A stretch of DNA of 64,000 nt. It comes from an uncultured Actinomycetota bacterium. Its GTDB lineage: Bacteria; Actinomycetota; Actinomycetes; JAHEKZ01. Below are positions 53,472 through 64,000 of this stretch, in pieces. The translations under genes were made by a program, and so were the position numbers. Within the stretch, counting starts at the first letter, position 1; the number at the start of each line of letters is the position of its first letter. The notes beneath the pieces are model-generated. The model saw only the letters and a program-made list of their open reading frames with translations. It had not been told where the DNA came from and searched no databases. The DNA is taken from positions 320,001 through 384,000 of the forward strand of contig CAVURN010000002.1 in the NCBI GenBank assembly GCA_963743915.1. The letters are read 5' to 3'.

Positions 53472-54665
53472 TCAGGCGCCCGCTGCTGAGCGGAGCGCGT
53501 CCGCCCGGTTGGTGGCCTCCCACGTGAAGTCCGGCAGCTCCCGGCCGAAGTGGCCGTAGGCCGCGGTCTGGGCGTAGATCGGCCGGAGCAGGTCGAGGTC
53601 GGCGATGATCGCCCCCGGGCGCAGGTCGAAGACCTCGAGCACCGCGCGCTGGATTTCCGCGTCCGGGACCGTTCCGGTGCCGAAGGTCTCGACGAACAGC
53701 CCCACGGGATGGGCCTTGCCGATCGCGTAGGCGACCTGTACCTCGCACCGTCGGGCCAGTCCGGCCGCCACGACGTTCTTGGCCACCCAGCGCATGGCGT
53801 AGGCGGCTGACCGGTCGACCTTGCTCGGGTCCTTGCCGGAGAAGGCCCCGCCTCCGTGCCTGGCCATGCCGCCGTAGGTATCGATGATGATCTTGCGTCC
53901 GGTGAGGCCGGCGTCCCCCATGGGCCCGCCCACCTCGAACCGGCCGGTGGGGTTCACGAGCACCCGGTAGTCGCTGGCGTCGACCGCGAACCCGGCAAGC
54001 GTCGGCGCGATCACCAGCTCCTCGATGTCGGGCTGCAGCAGCGTCTCGAGGTCGATGTCACCGGCGTGCTGGGTGGAGACGACCACCGTGTCGACCCGCG
54101 CCGGGCGGTCGCCGTCGTACTCGATGGTGACCTGCGTCTTGCCGTCCGGGCGCAGGTAGGGCACCTGGCCGTCGCGCCGCACCGCGGCCAGCTGCTGGGC
54201 CATCCGGTGGGCGATCATGATCGGGAGCGGCATGAGCTCGGCCGTCTCGTCGCACGCGTAGCCGAACATCAGCCCCTGGTCGCCCGCCCCCTGCCGGTCG
54301 AGCGGGTCGGCGGAGTGGTCGTGGCGCTCCTCGTAGGCGTCGTCGACGCCCTGGGCGATGTCGGGAGACTGCGCGCCGATCGACACCGAGACGCCGCAGG
54401 ATCCGCCGTCGAAGCCCTTCTTGCTCGAGTCGTAGCCGATGGACAGCACCTTCTCGCGGACCAGTCCGGGGATGTCGGCGTAGGCACTCGTCGTGACCTC
54501 GCCGGCGACGTGCACGAGGCCGGTGGTGACGAGGGTCTCCACCGCGACCCGGCTGCTCGGGTCGTCCTTGATGAGTGCATCGAGGATGGTGTCGCTGATC
54601 TGGTCGGCGATCTTGTCCGGGTGACCTTCGGTCACGGACTCGGAGGTGAAGAGGCGGCCAGTCAC
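53472..54665 (-). CDS. metK: S-adenosylmethionine synthetase
   Basis: [28 protein letters not shown]. Confidence 0.98.
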   Translation of the reverse strand: MTGRLFTSESVTEGHPDKIADQISDTILDALIKDDPSSRVAVETLVTTGLVHVAGEVTTSAYADIPGLVREKVLSIGYDSSKKGFDGGSCGVSVSIGAQSPDIAQGVDDAYEERHDHSADPLDRQGAGDQGLMFGYACDETAELMPLPIMIAHRMAQQLAAVRRDGQVPYLRPDGKTQVTIEYDGDRPARVDTVVVSTQHAGDIDLETLLQPDIEELVIAPTLAGFAVDASDYRVLVNPTGRFEVGGPMGDAGLTGRKIIIDTYGGMARHGGGAFSGKDPSKVDRSAAYAMRWVAKNVVAAGLARRCEVQVAYAIGKAHPVGLFVETFGTGTVPDAEIQRAVLEVFDLRPGAIIADLDLLRPIYAQTAAYGHFGRELPDFTWEATNRADALRSAAGA

Positions 54666-54727
54666 GACGGGTGCTCCTCGTGTGCGCGGGGCGATGGGAC
54701 GCCGGCGGGCCGCCGGCACCGGGCAGT

Positions 54728-55933
54728 CTAGTGAGCGGGCAGCCGTTCGACGACGAGGTCCCAGACGCGGTGGGCCAGCGCCGTCTTCGGGCCTCGCTGC
54801 ACCTCGGTCATGCTGCCGTCGCGGCCCAGGATCACCGCGGCGTTGTCGTCCGTGCCGAAGGCGAGCCCGGGGCCCACCTCGTTGACCACGAGCAGGTCGC
54901 ACCCCTTCCGGGCGAGCTTGGCGGCACCGTGCGCACGCCAGTCGGCCACGTCGTCACCGGTCTCGGCCGCGAACCCGACGACCACCTGTCCCTGACCCCG
55001 CGCCGCCACCAGCGCGGCGAGCACGTCGTCGGTGGGCGAGAGCACCATCGTGGGCACCCCCTCGTCCTTCTTGATCTTGTGATCGATGACGTCCGAGGGC
55101 CGGAAGTCGGCCACTGCAGCGGCCATGACGACCGCGTCCGCCGACGGGGCGAGGCCGAGGACTGCATCCTTCAGCTCAGCCGCCGTCTCGACCCGGTGCA
55201 CGGTGGCACCGGCGGGATCGGGAAGGGACACGTTGGCGGCGACGAGCTCCACCCGCGCTCCCCTTGCCACCGCTGCACTGGCGAGCGCGTACCCCTGACG
55301 CCCGCTACTGCGGTTGCCCAGGAACCGCACCGGGTCGACCGGCTCGCGGGTGCCACCCGCCGAGACCACGACGGTGCGACCGATCAGGTCAGGAGCTGCT
55401 GACGGACGGGCGAGCACCTGCTCGGCGACCGCGACGATCGCGTCGGGGTCGGGGAGCCGACCCTTGCCGGAGTCCGCGCCGGTCAGCCGACCCTCGGCCG
55501 GTTCGAGCACCAGGACCCCGCGCTGGCGAAGGGTCGCGACGTTGGCGACCGTGGCGGCCTGCTCCCACATCTCGGTGTGCATCGCCGGCGCCATCACGAC
55601 CGGGCACCGGGCGGTGAGCAGCACGTTGGTCAGCAGGTCGTCGGCGAGTCCGTGCGTCGCCTTCGCGAGCAGGTTGGCGGTCGCCGGGACGACGAGCACG
55701 AGGTCGGCCTCCTGGCCGAGCCGGACGTGTGGGACGGCGTGGGCGTCGGCGAACGGATCAGCGGTGACGGGTTCACCGGAGAGCGCGGCCCAGGTCGGCG
55801 CACCGACGAACTGCAGCGCCGCGGCCGTGGGGACGACCCGGACGCGGTGCCCGGCCTCGGTGAGGCGGCGCAGCACCTCGCAGCCCTTGTACGCCGCTAT
55901 TCCCCCGGAGACCCCGAGGACGATGCGCGCCAT
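54728..55933 (-). CDS. coaBC: Phosphopantothenoylcysteine decarboxylase / synthase
   Basis: [36 protein letters not shown]. Confidence 0.96.
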   Translation of the reverse strand: MARIVLGVSGGIAAYKGCEVLRRLTEAGHRVRVVPTAAALQFVGAPTWAALSGEPVTADPFADAHAVPHVRLGQEADLVLVVPATANLLAKATHGLADDLLTNVLLTARCPVVMAPAMHTEMWEQAATVANVATLRQRGVLVLEPAEGRLTGADSGKGRLPDPDAIVAVAEQVLARPSAAPDLIGRTVVVSAGGTREPVDPVRFLGNRSSGRQGYALASAAVARGARVELVAANVSLPDPAGATVHRVETAAELKDAVLGLAPSADAVVMAAAVADFRPSDVIDHKIKKDEGVPTMVLSPTDDVLAALVAARGQGQVVVGFAAETGDDVADWRAHGAAKLARKGCDLLVVNEVGPGLAFGTDDNAAVILGRDGSMTEVQRGPKTALAHRVWDLVVERLPAH

Positions 55934-55955
55934 GTCGTGGAGGGTGACGCGTCGG

Positions 55956-56267
55956 TCAGGAACCCTTGGCGCCGCCGCCGGACTGGACGCCGTGCTCGTC
56001 GAGGTCACCCTCGACACGCTCGTAGGTGAGCAGGTCGGCGCTGATCTCACGCATCGCGATCGACAGCGGCTTCTCCTGGACGTGGGTGTCGACGAGCGGG
56101 CCGACGTACTCCAGCAGGCCCTCACCGAGCTGGGAGTAGTACGCGTTGATCTGCCGGGCACGCTTGGCCGAGTACAGCACCAGCGCGTACTTCGAGTCGA
56201 CCTTGCTCAACAGGTCGTCGATCGGCGGGTTGGTGATGCCTTCGGGGACGCCGGTGACTCCGGACAC
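55956..56267 (-). CDS. rpoZ: RNA polymerase omega subunit
   Basis: [32 protein letters not shown]. Confidence 0.96.
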   Translation of the reverse strand: MSGVTGVPEGITNPPIDDLLSKVDSKYALVLYSAKRARQINAYYSQLGEGLLEYVGPLVDTHVQEKPLSIAMREISADLLTYERVEGDLDEHGVQSGGGAKGS

Positions 56268-56321
56268 ACGAACTCCTGCAGGTAGGGGGTGGGCAACCGG
56301 GCCGCCTGCGCCGGTGGGCGG

Positions 56322-56918
56322 CTAGACGCTCAGGTCGTTGTCGGACCGCATCAATGCTACCAAGCGCTCGCAGACCTCGTGCACGTCGTTGTTCACCAGC
56401 TGCACGTCGAACTCCGGAGCGGCCGCCAGCTCGACCCGAGCCCGGGCCAGCCGGCGGGCGATGACCAGCTCGTCCTCGGTGCCACGGCCGGTCAGCCGCC
56501 GCGCCAGCACCTCCCACGAGGGCGGGGCCAGGAAGACCAGAAGGGCGTCCGGCATCTCCCTGCGCACCTGGCGGGCGCCTTCGAGCTCGATCTCGAGCAG
56601 CACCGGTTCCTGACGCGCGAGCCGCTCCAGGACGGGGGCCCGCGGTGTGCCGTAGCGGTGGCCGGCGAACTCCGCCCACTCCAGCAGCTCCCCCGCCGAC
56701 ACCGCGGCGTCGAAGGTGGCGTCGTCACAGAAGACGTACTGGATCCCGTCGACCTCCCCGGGTCGCGGGGCGCGGGTGGTCAACGAGACCGACTGCCAGA
56801 TCTCCGGGTGCGTGGCCCTGAGACGTGCCACGACGGTGCTCTTGCCCACACCGGACGGGCCTGACAGCACGGTGAGACGGGACCGCCGGCCGCCGGCGGT
56901 CGGTACGGGGTCGGTCAC
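56322..56918 (-). CDS. gmk: Guanylate kinase
   Basis: [24 protein letters not shown]. Confidence 0.96.
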   Translation of the reverse strand: MTDPVPTAGGRRSRLTVLSGPSGVGKSTVVARLRATHPEIWQSVSLTTRAPRPGEVDGIQYVFCDDATFDAAVSAGELLEWAEFAGHRYGTPRAPVLERLARQEPVLLEIELEGARQVRREMPDALLVFLAPPSWEVLARRLTGRGTEDELVIARRLARARVELAAAPEFDVQLVNNDVHEVCERLVALMRSDNDLSV

Positions 56919-57280
56919 GAGGGGGAAGTGTTCCCCAGTCCGGACGCACCGAGCTCACCGAGCGACGAGGTGCCGAACTCCTTGCGCAGCGCGGCAACCT
57001 GGTTGGTGCCGAGCCCGCGCACTCGTCGGCTCTCGGAGATCCCGATGCGCTCCATCAGCTGGCGGGCCCGGACCTTGCCGACGCCGGGCATCGACTCGAG
57101 CAGCGCCGACACCTTCATCTTGCCGATGATGTCGTCGGTCTTCCCCTGGTCGATGACCTCGAAGAGCGAGGCGCCCGAGTGCTTGAGCCGGTTCTTCACC
57201 TCGGCCCGCACGCGACGGGCCTCGGCGGCTTTCTGTAGCGCCGCCGCGCGCTGCTCGGGTGTCAACGGGGGGAGCGCCAC
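56915..57280 (-). CDS. mihF: Actinobacterial integration host factor (mIHF/sIHF)
   Basis: [46 protein letters not shown]. Confidence 0.95.
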   Translation of the reverse strand: MALPPLTPEQRAAALQKAAEARRVRAEVKNRLKHSGASLFEVIDQGKTDDIIGKMKVSALLESMPGVGKVRARQLMERIGISESRRVRGLGTNQVAALRKEFGTSSLGELGASGLGNTSPS

Positions 57281-57342
57281 GGTTCGAACCTTTGCTGGAG
57301 CCGGCGGAGCGGCGGCTGCCGCCCCGGAGGGACAGGGCGAAC

Positions 57343-58059
57343 CTAGCGACTCCGGTCCGCGGACGGCAATGTCCTGCAGGATGCCGCGATCGCTGCAGCC
57401 GCAGCCGCCGGGTCGGGTGCCGCGGTGATGGGCCGTCCCACCACCAACAGGTCAGCCCCGTCCGCGAGTGCCTGCTCCGGCGTGGCGACGCGCTGCTGGT
57501 CGGCCAGGTCGGCACCGTGCGGGCGTACGCCCGGGGTCACCAGCAGGACGTCTCTCCCCACCACCTCACGCACGGCGACGACCTCGTGCGGGGAGCACAC
57601 GAGTGCGCGCGCCCCCGCAGCCACCGCGAGCTCGGCGAGCCGCAGCACCGACGACCGTGCATCGCCGAGTCCCATGGCGTCCAGGTCGCGAGGACCGAGG
57701 GACGTCAGGATGGTGACGGCGGCGATCCGAGTGTCCGGAAGGGCCTCTGCGGCCGCAGCCACCATGGCGGCGCCACCGAGTGCGTGGACCGTGAGCAGCT
57801 GCGGTGCAAGGCCCGAGACCGACCGGGCACCTCCCGCCACTGTGGTCGGGATGTCGTGCAGCTTCAAGTCGAGGAAGAGTGCACACCCCGGCGCCCGCTC
57901 GGTCACGGCGCGGACGCCGTCGCCGCCGGAGCGCAGGTAGAACTCCAGCCCGAGCTTGAGGGTGGAGACGTGCGGCGCGACGGCACTCGCCCATCGGGCT
58001 GCCGTCGTCACATCAGGTGCGTCCAGTGCGACGGCGACCGGGGCCGGGGTGGCAGTCAC
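57343..58059 (-). CDS. pyrF: Orotidine-5'-phosphate decarboxylase
   Basis: VALD, DLKLHDIPTTV, VTPGVR, DQQRVATP, VVGRPI. Confidence 0.95.
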   Translation of the reverse strand: MTATPAPVAVALDAPDVTTAARWASAVAPHVSTLKLGLEFYLRSGGDGVRAVTERAPGCALFLDLKLHDIPTTVAGGARSVSGLAPQLLTVHALGGAAMVAAAAEALPDTRIAAVTILTSLGPRDLDAMGLGDARSSVLRLAELAVAAGARALVCSPHEVVAVREVVGRDVLLVTPGVRPHGADLADQQRVATPEQALADGADLLVVGRPITAAPDPAAAAAAIAASCRTLPSADRSR

Positions 58060-59171
58060 CGTGGCGGCTCCCGGTCCCCTGCCTGGTTCTCCCCTGGCTG
58101 GGTCGCAGACGCATCGGGGGCCGGCGGCTCGGCTGGTGGCGGTTCGGCGGCGGGCGGCTCAGGCGCCGCGGCGGGAGTGGTCACGGCCGTGGGGCGGGGC
58201 CGGTGCGCGTGGCCCACCGCGTCCTCGAACCGGGAGAACCCGCGCGCCGCCACGAGCCGCTGCAGCTCGTCCAGCACCCGCACGGGAGCATGCGGGTCGT
58301 GGAAGACGGTCGTCCCCACCTGGACTGCCGACGCCCCCGCAAGGACGAACTCGAACGCGTCCTGACCCGTGCGGATGCCTCCCATGCCGATGATCGGGAT
58401 GTCGGGCATGGCCTGGTGCACCTGCCACACCGCGCGCACCGCGACCGGCCGGATGGCGGGACCGGACAGGCCACCGGTCACACCGCCGAGATGCGGACGC
58501 ATCGTCTCGGTGTCGATCACGACCCCCAGCAAGGTGTTGATCATCGACAGCCCGTCGGCGCCCGCTTCGACGCACGCCCGGGCGATGGCCACGATGTCGG
58601 TGACGTCAGGGGACAGCTTGGCGAAGACCGGCACGCCGGGCGCGCTGTGGCGTCGCACACCCTCGACGACGAGAGCGCTCGACACGGGGTCGCACGCGAA
58701 GACCTGGCCGCGGTCCTCGACATTGGGGCAGGAGATGTTCACCTCGAGAGCGGTGACCGCCGTCGAGTGCCGCAGCCTCTGTGCCAGCCGCGTGTACTCG
58801 TCCGCCGTGCCGCCGGCGATGGACACCACGACGCGCGCGCCCCGCTGCTCGAGCCAGGGCAGGTCGTGCTCGACGAAACGGTCGATCCCTGGCCCCTGCA
58901 GGCCGATGGAGTTGAGCATGCCGCTCGGTGTCTCGGCCATCCGTGGGGTCGGGCGGCCCGATCGTGGCTGCAGCATGATCGACTTGGTGACCACGGCACC
59001 CAGGGCGGTGATGTCGAAGAACTGGTCGAGCTCGCGTCCGTAGCCTGCGCAGCCCGAGGCAGTCATCACCGGATTCGGCAGGGTCGTGGTCATCAGTCGG
59101 GTGGACATGTCGACGTCCGGCAGCGGCACCTCCGTCTCGGCGGGGGCGATGACCCGGGTCAGGCGCGTCAT
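58056..59171 (-). CDS. pyrD: Dihydroorotate dehydrogenase family 1B catalytic subunit
   Basis: ASGC, NSIGLQGPG, NISCPNV, KLSPDVTDI, GGLSGPAIRP. Confidence 0.94.
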   Translation of the reverse strand: MTRLTRVIAPAETEVPLPDVDMSTRLMTTTLPNPVMTASGCAGYGRELDQFFDITALGAVVTKSIMLQPRSGRPTPRMAETPSGMLNSIGLQGPGIDRFVEHDLPWLEQRGARVVVSIAGGTADEYTRLAQRLRHSTAVTALEVNISCPNVEDRGQVFACDPVSSALVVEGVRRHSAPGVPVFAKLSPDVTDIVAIARACVEAGADGLSMINTLLGVVIDTETMRPHLGGVTGGLSGPAIRPVAVRAVWQVHQAMPDIPIIGMGGIRTGQDAFEFVLAGASAVQVGTTVFHDPHAPVRVLDELQRLVAARGFSRFEDAVGHAHRPRPTAVTTPAAAPEPPAAEPPPAEPPAPDASATQPGENQAGDREPPR

Positions 59172-60031
59172 CAGTGACCTCCTCCGGTCGGGGCGCCCCA
59201 GGTGTCCGCGGGCACCGTGCCGACGGCGTCCCACCGCACGCGGTCGCCGCGGAAGACCGGTCCGTCGACGCACGAGCGCACCATGCGGGTGACCCCGTCG
59301 TCACCGACGACCGGCAGCACGCAGGTCATGCAGACCCCGATGCCGCACGCCATCGCCTCCTCGACCGCGCACTGCGAGTGCGCCCCGAAGCGGGACGCGA
59401 GATCGGCGACCGCCGCCAGCATCCCCATCGGGCCGCAGGCGTAGATGACGTCGGCATCGGTTCGGCGGAGCAGTCCGGGCAGGACGTCGGTGACCCGCCC
59501 GCGATCCCCCAGCGAGCCGTCCTCGGTCGTCACCACCACCGACTGGGCCATCCGTTTGGCCTCGAGCACGCCGAAGAGGCGACTCTCGGTCGCCGCGCCG
59601 AGGACGAAGTCGACCCGGCAGCCACGCTCACGCAGCTGCTCGGCGAGCGAGAAGAGCGGGGCGCTGCCGTACCCGCCCCCGACCAAGGTGCACGTGACCG
59701 GCTCCTTGGGCAGGGCGAACGGCTTGCCCACGGGTCCCACGACGTCGAGCGCGTCGTGCTGCCGGACCCTCGACAGCCAACGGGTGCCCCTGCCGTGCTC
59801 GGCCACCACGATCTCGACGGTGCCGCCGTACACGCCGCGGTCCTGGGTGCGGTAGACCGAGAAGGCGCGGCGCAGCAGCATGGACGTTTCCTCGCCGCCC
59901 ACCGCCAGCGCGACGAAGTGGCCCGGCCTCACCTGCTCGGCGACGCCTGGCGCCACCAGGGTCAGCTGGTGGTAGTCACCGGCACGGCGGATGCTGAGCA
60001 CCTCACCACGGACCTGCACGGGGCTCATCAA
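59171..60031 (-). CDS. pyrK: Dihydroorotate dehydrogenase electron transfer subunit
   Basis: [26 protein letters not shown]...CVDGPVF [2Fe-2S] motif. Confidence 0.93.
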   Translation of the reverse strand: MMSPVQVRGEVLSIRRAGDYHQLTLVAPGVAEQVRPGHFVALAVGGEETSMLLRRAFSVYRTQDRGVYGGTVEIVVAEHGRGTRWLSRVRQHDALDVVGPVGKPFALPKEPVTCTLVGGGYGSAPLFSLAEQLRERGCRVDFVLGAATESRLFGVLEAKRMAQSVVVTTEDGSLGDRGRVTDVLPGLLRRTDADVIYACGPMGMLAAVADLASRFGAHSQCAVEEAMACGIGVCMTCVLPVVGDDGVTRMVRSCVDGPVFRGDRVRWDAVGTVPADTWGAPTGGGH

Positions 60032-63000
60032 GCGTCTCCTCGGGCTGCGGTGAGGTGTGCCGCGTGCTCCTGGAGCGACCGCACCCCCACCTCGTCACGG
60101 ATCAGCGCCTCGATGCCCTGCACCGCGGCGGCCAGGCCCTGGACCGTGGTGATGCAGGGCACTCCCTTGGCCACCGCTGCAGAGCGGATCTCGTACCCGT
60201 CGAGACGGGCACCTACGCCGTAGGGCGTGTTGACGATGATGTCGATCGTCCCGTCGAGGATGAGCGACAGCGTGTCCTGCTCCCCGCCGGACTCGAAGTG
60301 CTTGCGAAGGACAGTGGCCGGCACGCCGTTCCGTCGCAGCACCTCGGCGGTCCCGGCCGTCGCCACGATCTCGAAACCGAGGTCGTGCAGACGCTTGACG
60401 GGGAAGATCATGGACCGCTTGTCCCGGTTGGCCACGGACACGAACGCGGTGCCGCTGGTGGGGAGTCCGCCGGCGTACGCGGCCATCTGCGACTTGGCAT
60501 AGGCCGTGCCGAACAGTGCATCGATGCCCATCACCTCGCCGGTCGACTTCATCTCCGGGCCGAGAACCGTGTCGACGCCGTGGAACCGCCCGAAGGGGAG
60601 CACCGCCTCCTTGACGGCGATCGCGGTGTCCATGGGCAAGGTGCCGCCGTCACCCTCGGCGGGCAGCATGCCCTCGGCGCGCAGCTCGGCGATCGTCGCT
60701 CCCATCGTGACGCGCGCTGCCGCCTTCGCGATCGGTGTGGCGGTCGCCTTCGACACGAAGGGCACGGTGCGGGACGCCCGCGGGTTGGCCTCGAGCACGT
60801 ACAGGACGTCCGACGCCTGGGCGTACTGCACGTTGAGCAGCCCGTGCACACCGACCCCTGCGGCGATGGCCTCGGTGGCTAAGCGGATCCGCTCGATGTC
60901 AGCGCGCCCGAGTGTCATCGGCGGCAGTGCGCACGCCGAGTCACCCGAGTGGATCCCGGCCTCCTCGATGTGCTCCATCACGCCGGCGAGGAAGAGCTCC
61001 TCACCGTCGTAGAGCGCATCCACGTCGATCTCGACGGCGTCGTCGAGGAAGCGGTCGACCAGAACCGGGTGCTCCGGACTGACCTGTGTGGCGCGCCCGA
61101 TGTAGTCGCGCAGCATGTCGTCGTCGTACACGATCTCCATGCCACGTCCACCGAGCACGTACGACGGTCGGACCAGTACGGGGAAGCCGATCTCGTCGGC
61201 GATCTCCTTGGCTTCGTCGAACGACATCGCCATGCCGTGCTTGGGAGCGATCAGGCCCGCATTCGCGAGCACCTTGCCGAAGGCACCGCGCTCCTCCGCG
61301 AGGTGGATGGCCTCCGGGCTCGTGCCGACCACCGGGACCCCGGCGTCCTTCAGCCGCTGCGCCAGGCCCAGCGGGGTCTGCCCACCGAGCTGCACGATGA
61401 CACCGGCCACCGGTCCGGCCTGCTGCTCGGCGTGCACCACCTCGAGGACGTCCTCGAGAGTGAGCGGCTCGAAGTACAGACGGTCGCTGGTGTCGTAGTC
61501 GGTAGAGACCGTTTCGGGGTTGCAGTTCACCATCACCGTCTCGTAGCCGGCCTCACGGAGCGTCAGCGCCGCGTGCACGCACGAGTAGTCGAACTCGATG
61601 CCCTGGCCGATCCGGTTGGGCCCCGAGCCGAGGATGACGACGGCGGGCTTCTGGCGCGGCCGAACCTCGGACTCCTCGTCGTACGAGGAGTAGTGGTACG
61701 GCGTGTGCGCGGCGAACTCGGCGGCGCAGGTGTCGACCGTCTTGTAGACCGGTCGGATCCCCAGCGCCTGACGGAGCTGTCGCGCGACGTCATCGGAGAT
61801 TCCGCGAAGCTCGGCCACCTGCTGGTCGGAGAAGCCGTGGCGCTTGGCGCGCCGCAGCAGAGAAGGGTCGAGGTCGGTGGCGGCGCGCAGCTCGGCGGCG
61901 ATCTCGTTGATGAGCGCGATCTGGTCGAGGAACCAGGGATCGATCCCGGTCACCTCGTACATCTGGTCGACGGTGGCGCCATGCCAGAGTGCGCGCTGCA
62001 CGACGGTGATGCGTCCGTCGTGCGGACGCCGCGCCTGCTCGACGAGCGCATCGAGGTCGACCTCGCCGGCAGGGGCGGTCCACGAGAAGGAGGCGTCCGG
62101 CTTCTCGACCGAGCGCAGCGCCTTCTGCAACGCCTCGGGGATGTTCCGTCCGATGGCCATCGCCTCGCCGACACTCTTCATGTGCGTGGTGAGCGTGGGG
62201 TCGGCCGAGGGGAACTTCTCGAAGGCGAAGCGTGGAACCTTCACGACCACGTAGTCCAGAGCCGGCTCGAACGACGCCGGCGTCTGCGTCGTGATGTCGT
62301 TCGGCACCTCGTCCAGGGTGTAGCCGATCGCGAGGCGCGCCGCGATCTTGGCGATCGGGAAACCGGTCGCCTTGCTGGCCAGTGCGCTCGAGCGGGAGAC
62401 CCGCGGGTTCATCTCGATGACCACGAGCCGGCCGTCGACAGGGTTGACGGCGAACTGGATGTTGCAGCCACCGGTGTCGACCCCGACCGCGCGGATGATG
62501 GCGATGCCGACGTCGCGCATGTGCTGGTACTCGCGGTCGGTCAGCGTCATCGCCGGGGCCACGGTGATGGAGTCGCCGGTGTGGACACCCATCGGGTCGA
62601 GGTTCTCGATCGAGCAGATGACCACGACGTTGTCGTTCCGGTCGCGCATCAGCTCGAGCTCATACTCCTTCCAGCCGATGATCGACTCCTCCAGGAGCAC
62701 CTCTGTCGTGGGGCTCGCCTGCAACCCCTCACCGGCGATCCGGCGCAGGTCCGTCTCGTCGTAGGCCATGCCGGAGCCGGCACCGCCCATCGTGAAGGAC
62801 GGCCGGACCACGACCGGGTAGCCGAGGTCGTCGACGGCCGCCAGGCACTCGTCCATCGAGTGGCAGATGGCCGACCGCGCCACCTCCGCTCCGACCTCGT
62901 TCACGATCGCCTTGAACATCTGCCGGTTCTCACCGCGCTGGATCGCCTCGACGTCCGCGCCGATCAGCTCGACGTCGTACTTCTCCAGGACCCCGGAGTC

Positions 63001-63309
63001 GTGCAGCGCGATGGCCGCGTTGAGGGCGGTCTGCCCGCCCAGCGTCGGCAGCAGGGCGTCCGGGCGCTCCTTGGCGATGATCTTCTCGATGATGTCCGGG
63101 GTGATGGGCTCGACGTACGTGGCGTCCGCGAACTCCGGGTCGGTCATGATCGTGGCGGGGTTGCTGTTGACCAGGATCACCCGCAGGCCCTCGGCGCGGA
63201 GGACGCGGCAGGCCTGGGTCCCTGAGTAGTCGAACTCGGCCGCCTGACCGATCACGATCGGCCCCGACCCGATGACCATCACCGACTGCAGGTCGTCACG
63301 CCGCGGCAT
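60028..63309 (-). CDS. carB: Carbamoyl-phosphate synthase large subunit
   Basis: [17 protein letters not shown], duplicated ATP-grasp domains, MGS domain. Confidence 0.98.
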   Translation of the reverse strand: MPRRDDLQSVMVIGSGPIVIGQAAEFDYSGTQACRVLRAEGLRVILVNSNPATIMTDPEFADATYVEPITPDIIEKIIAKERPDALLPTLGGQTALNAAIALHDSGVLEKYDVELIGADVEAIQRGENRQMFKAIVNEVGAEVARSAICHSMDECLAAVDDLGYPVVVRPSFTMGGAGSGMAYDETDLRRIAGEGLQASPTTEVLLEESIIGWKEYELELMRDRNDNVVVICSIENLDPMGVHTGDSITVAPAMTLTDREYQHMRDVGIAIIRAVGVDTGGCNIQFAVNPVDGRLVVIEMNPRVSRSSALASKATGFPIAKIAARLAIGYTLDEVPNDITTQTPASFEPALDYVVVKVPRFAFEKFPSADPTLTTHMKSVGEAMAIGRNIPEALQKALRSVEKPDASFSWTAPAGEVDLDALVEQARRPHDGRITVVQRALWHGATVDQMYEVTGIDPWFLDQIALINEIAAELRAATDLDPSLLRRAKRHGFSDQQVAELRGISDDVARQLRQALGIRPVYKTVDTCAAEFAAHTPYHYSSYDEESEVRPRQKPAVVILGSGPNRIGQGIEFDYSCVHAALTLREAGYETVMVNCNPETVSTDYDTSDRLYFEPLTLEDVLEVVHAEQQAGPVAGVIVQLGGQTPLGLAQRLKDAGVPVVGTSPEAIHLAEERGAFGKVLANAGLIAPKHGMAMSFDEAKEIADEIGFPVLVRPSYVLGGRGMEIVYDDDMLRDYIGRATQVSPEHPVLVDRFLDDAVEIDVDALYDGEELFLAGVMEHIEEAGIHSGDSACALPPMTLGRADIERIRLATEAIAAGVGVHGLLNVQYAQASDVLYVLEANPRASRTVPFVSKATATPIAKAAARVTMGATIAELRAEGMLPAEGDGGTLPMDTAIAVKEAVLPFGRFHGVDTVLGPEMKSTGEVMGIDALFGTAYAKSQMAAYAGGLPTSGTAFVSVANRDKRSMIFPVKRLHDLGFEIVATAGTAEVLRRNGVPATVLRKHFESGGEQDTLSLILDGTIDIIVNTPYGVGARLDGYEIRSAAVAKGVPCITTVQGLAAAVQGIEALIRDEVGVRSLQEHAAHLTAARGDA

Positions 63310-64000
63310 CAGCGGACCTCCCCGTGAGGCGCCGGGTGCTCTTCCGGGGCCAGCATGAGGTCGACGAACCGGTCGAACAGGTAGGCGGAGTCGTGCGGCC
63401 CGGCGGCCGCCTCCGGGTGGTACTGGACGCTGAAGGCCGGGGTGTCGAGCAGCCGGAGGCCTTCGACCACGTCGTCGTTGAGACAGACGTGGCTGACCTC
63501 GGCACGCCCGAAGGGGGTGTCGGAGACGCCGCCGAGCGGGGCGTCCACGGCGAACCCGTGGTTGTGGGCGCTGATCTCGACCTTGCCCGTCGCACGGTCC
63601 TGCACCGGTTGGTTGATGCCGCGGTGCCCGTACTTCAGCTTGTAGGTGCCGAATCCGAGCGCCCGCCCCAGCACCTGGTTGCCGAAGCAGATGCCGAAGG
63701 TCGGGATCCGCCGCCCGAGGACCTCGCGCATCAGGGCCACGGCGGCGTCCGCGGTGGCCGGGTCGCCCGGGCCGTTGCTGAAGAACACGCCGTCCGCTCC
63801 GATGGCGACGATGTCGTCGACCGTGGCGGAGGCGGGGAGCACGTGCACGTCGATCCCGCGCGCGGCCATCAGGCGCGGCGTCATGGCCTTGATGCCGAGG
63901 TCGATGGCCGCGACGGTCAGCCTCGCGTCGCCGAGGGCGGGCACGACGTAGGGATCGGCCGTGCTGACGTCGGCGGTGAGGTCGGCCCCGGCCATGTCGG
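63309..64000 (-). CDS. carA: Carbamoyl-phosphate synthase small subunit (5' part outside the window)
   Basis: [32 protein letters not shown]. Confidence 0.96.
   Translation of the reverse strand, partial: DMAGADLTADVSTADPYVVPALGDARLTVAAIDLGIKAMTPRLMAARGIDVHVLPASATVDDIVAIGADGVFFSNGPGDPATADAAVALMREVLGRRIPTFGICFGNQVLGRALGFGTYKLKYGHRGINQPVQDRATGKVEISAHNHGFAVDAPLGGVSDTPFGRAEVSHVCLNDDVVEGLRLLDTPAFSVQYHPEAAAGPHDSAYLFDRFVDLMLAPEEHPAPHGEVR

Noticed and set aside
54666-54727. SAM riboswitch before metK, and T-boxes before pheS or tyrS
   Set aside because: The intergenic spaces are too short and no consensus motifs were seen.

Overview
High-GC actinobacterial (class Actinomycetia) core-chromosome segment, almost entirely on the minus strand. 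Read from the right end: carA (partial)-carB-pyrK-pyrD-pyrF-mihF-gmk-rpoZ-coaBC-metK-priA-def-fmt-rsmB, an inserted GGDEF gene, rpe, FMN riboswitch-ribD-ribE-ribBA-ribH-hisE-hisG-SseB-like-aquaporin, DUF1844-like, structured leader-infC(AUC start)-rpmI-rplT-TrmH, a small insert with a LexA-boxed DUF222/HNH gene, an orphan PAS kinase-pheS-pheT, RDD, ARG boxes-argCJB-argR-argGH-mpg-tyrS, a complete 16S-23S-5S operon, TPR/TauE/SSB-like genes, tlyA-nadK-recN, a secreted protein, steA-steB-MraY-like-murJ-like-GT2 and pyrG. At least nine genes (including essential tyrS) are broken by apparent single-base indels, nearly all +1, most likely long-read consensus errors. The most interesting signals are (i) a pyrG 5' region built like the enteric pyrC CTP-sensitive start-site switch (CCCG at positions 6-9 after the -10, pairing with the SD), (ii) a structured infC leader ending in a terminator-like hairpin, (iii) the steAB plus lipid-linked glycan synthesis/flipping module with an added secreted protein, and (iv) the SOS-boxed HNH gene and orphan kinase. 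No CRISPR array, tRNA, transposase or prophage was recognised. All calls come from reading the sequence; no database search was run.
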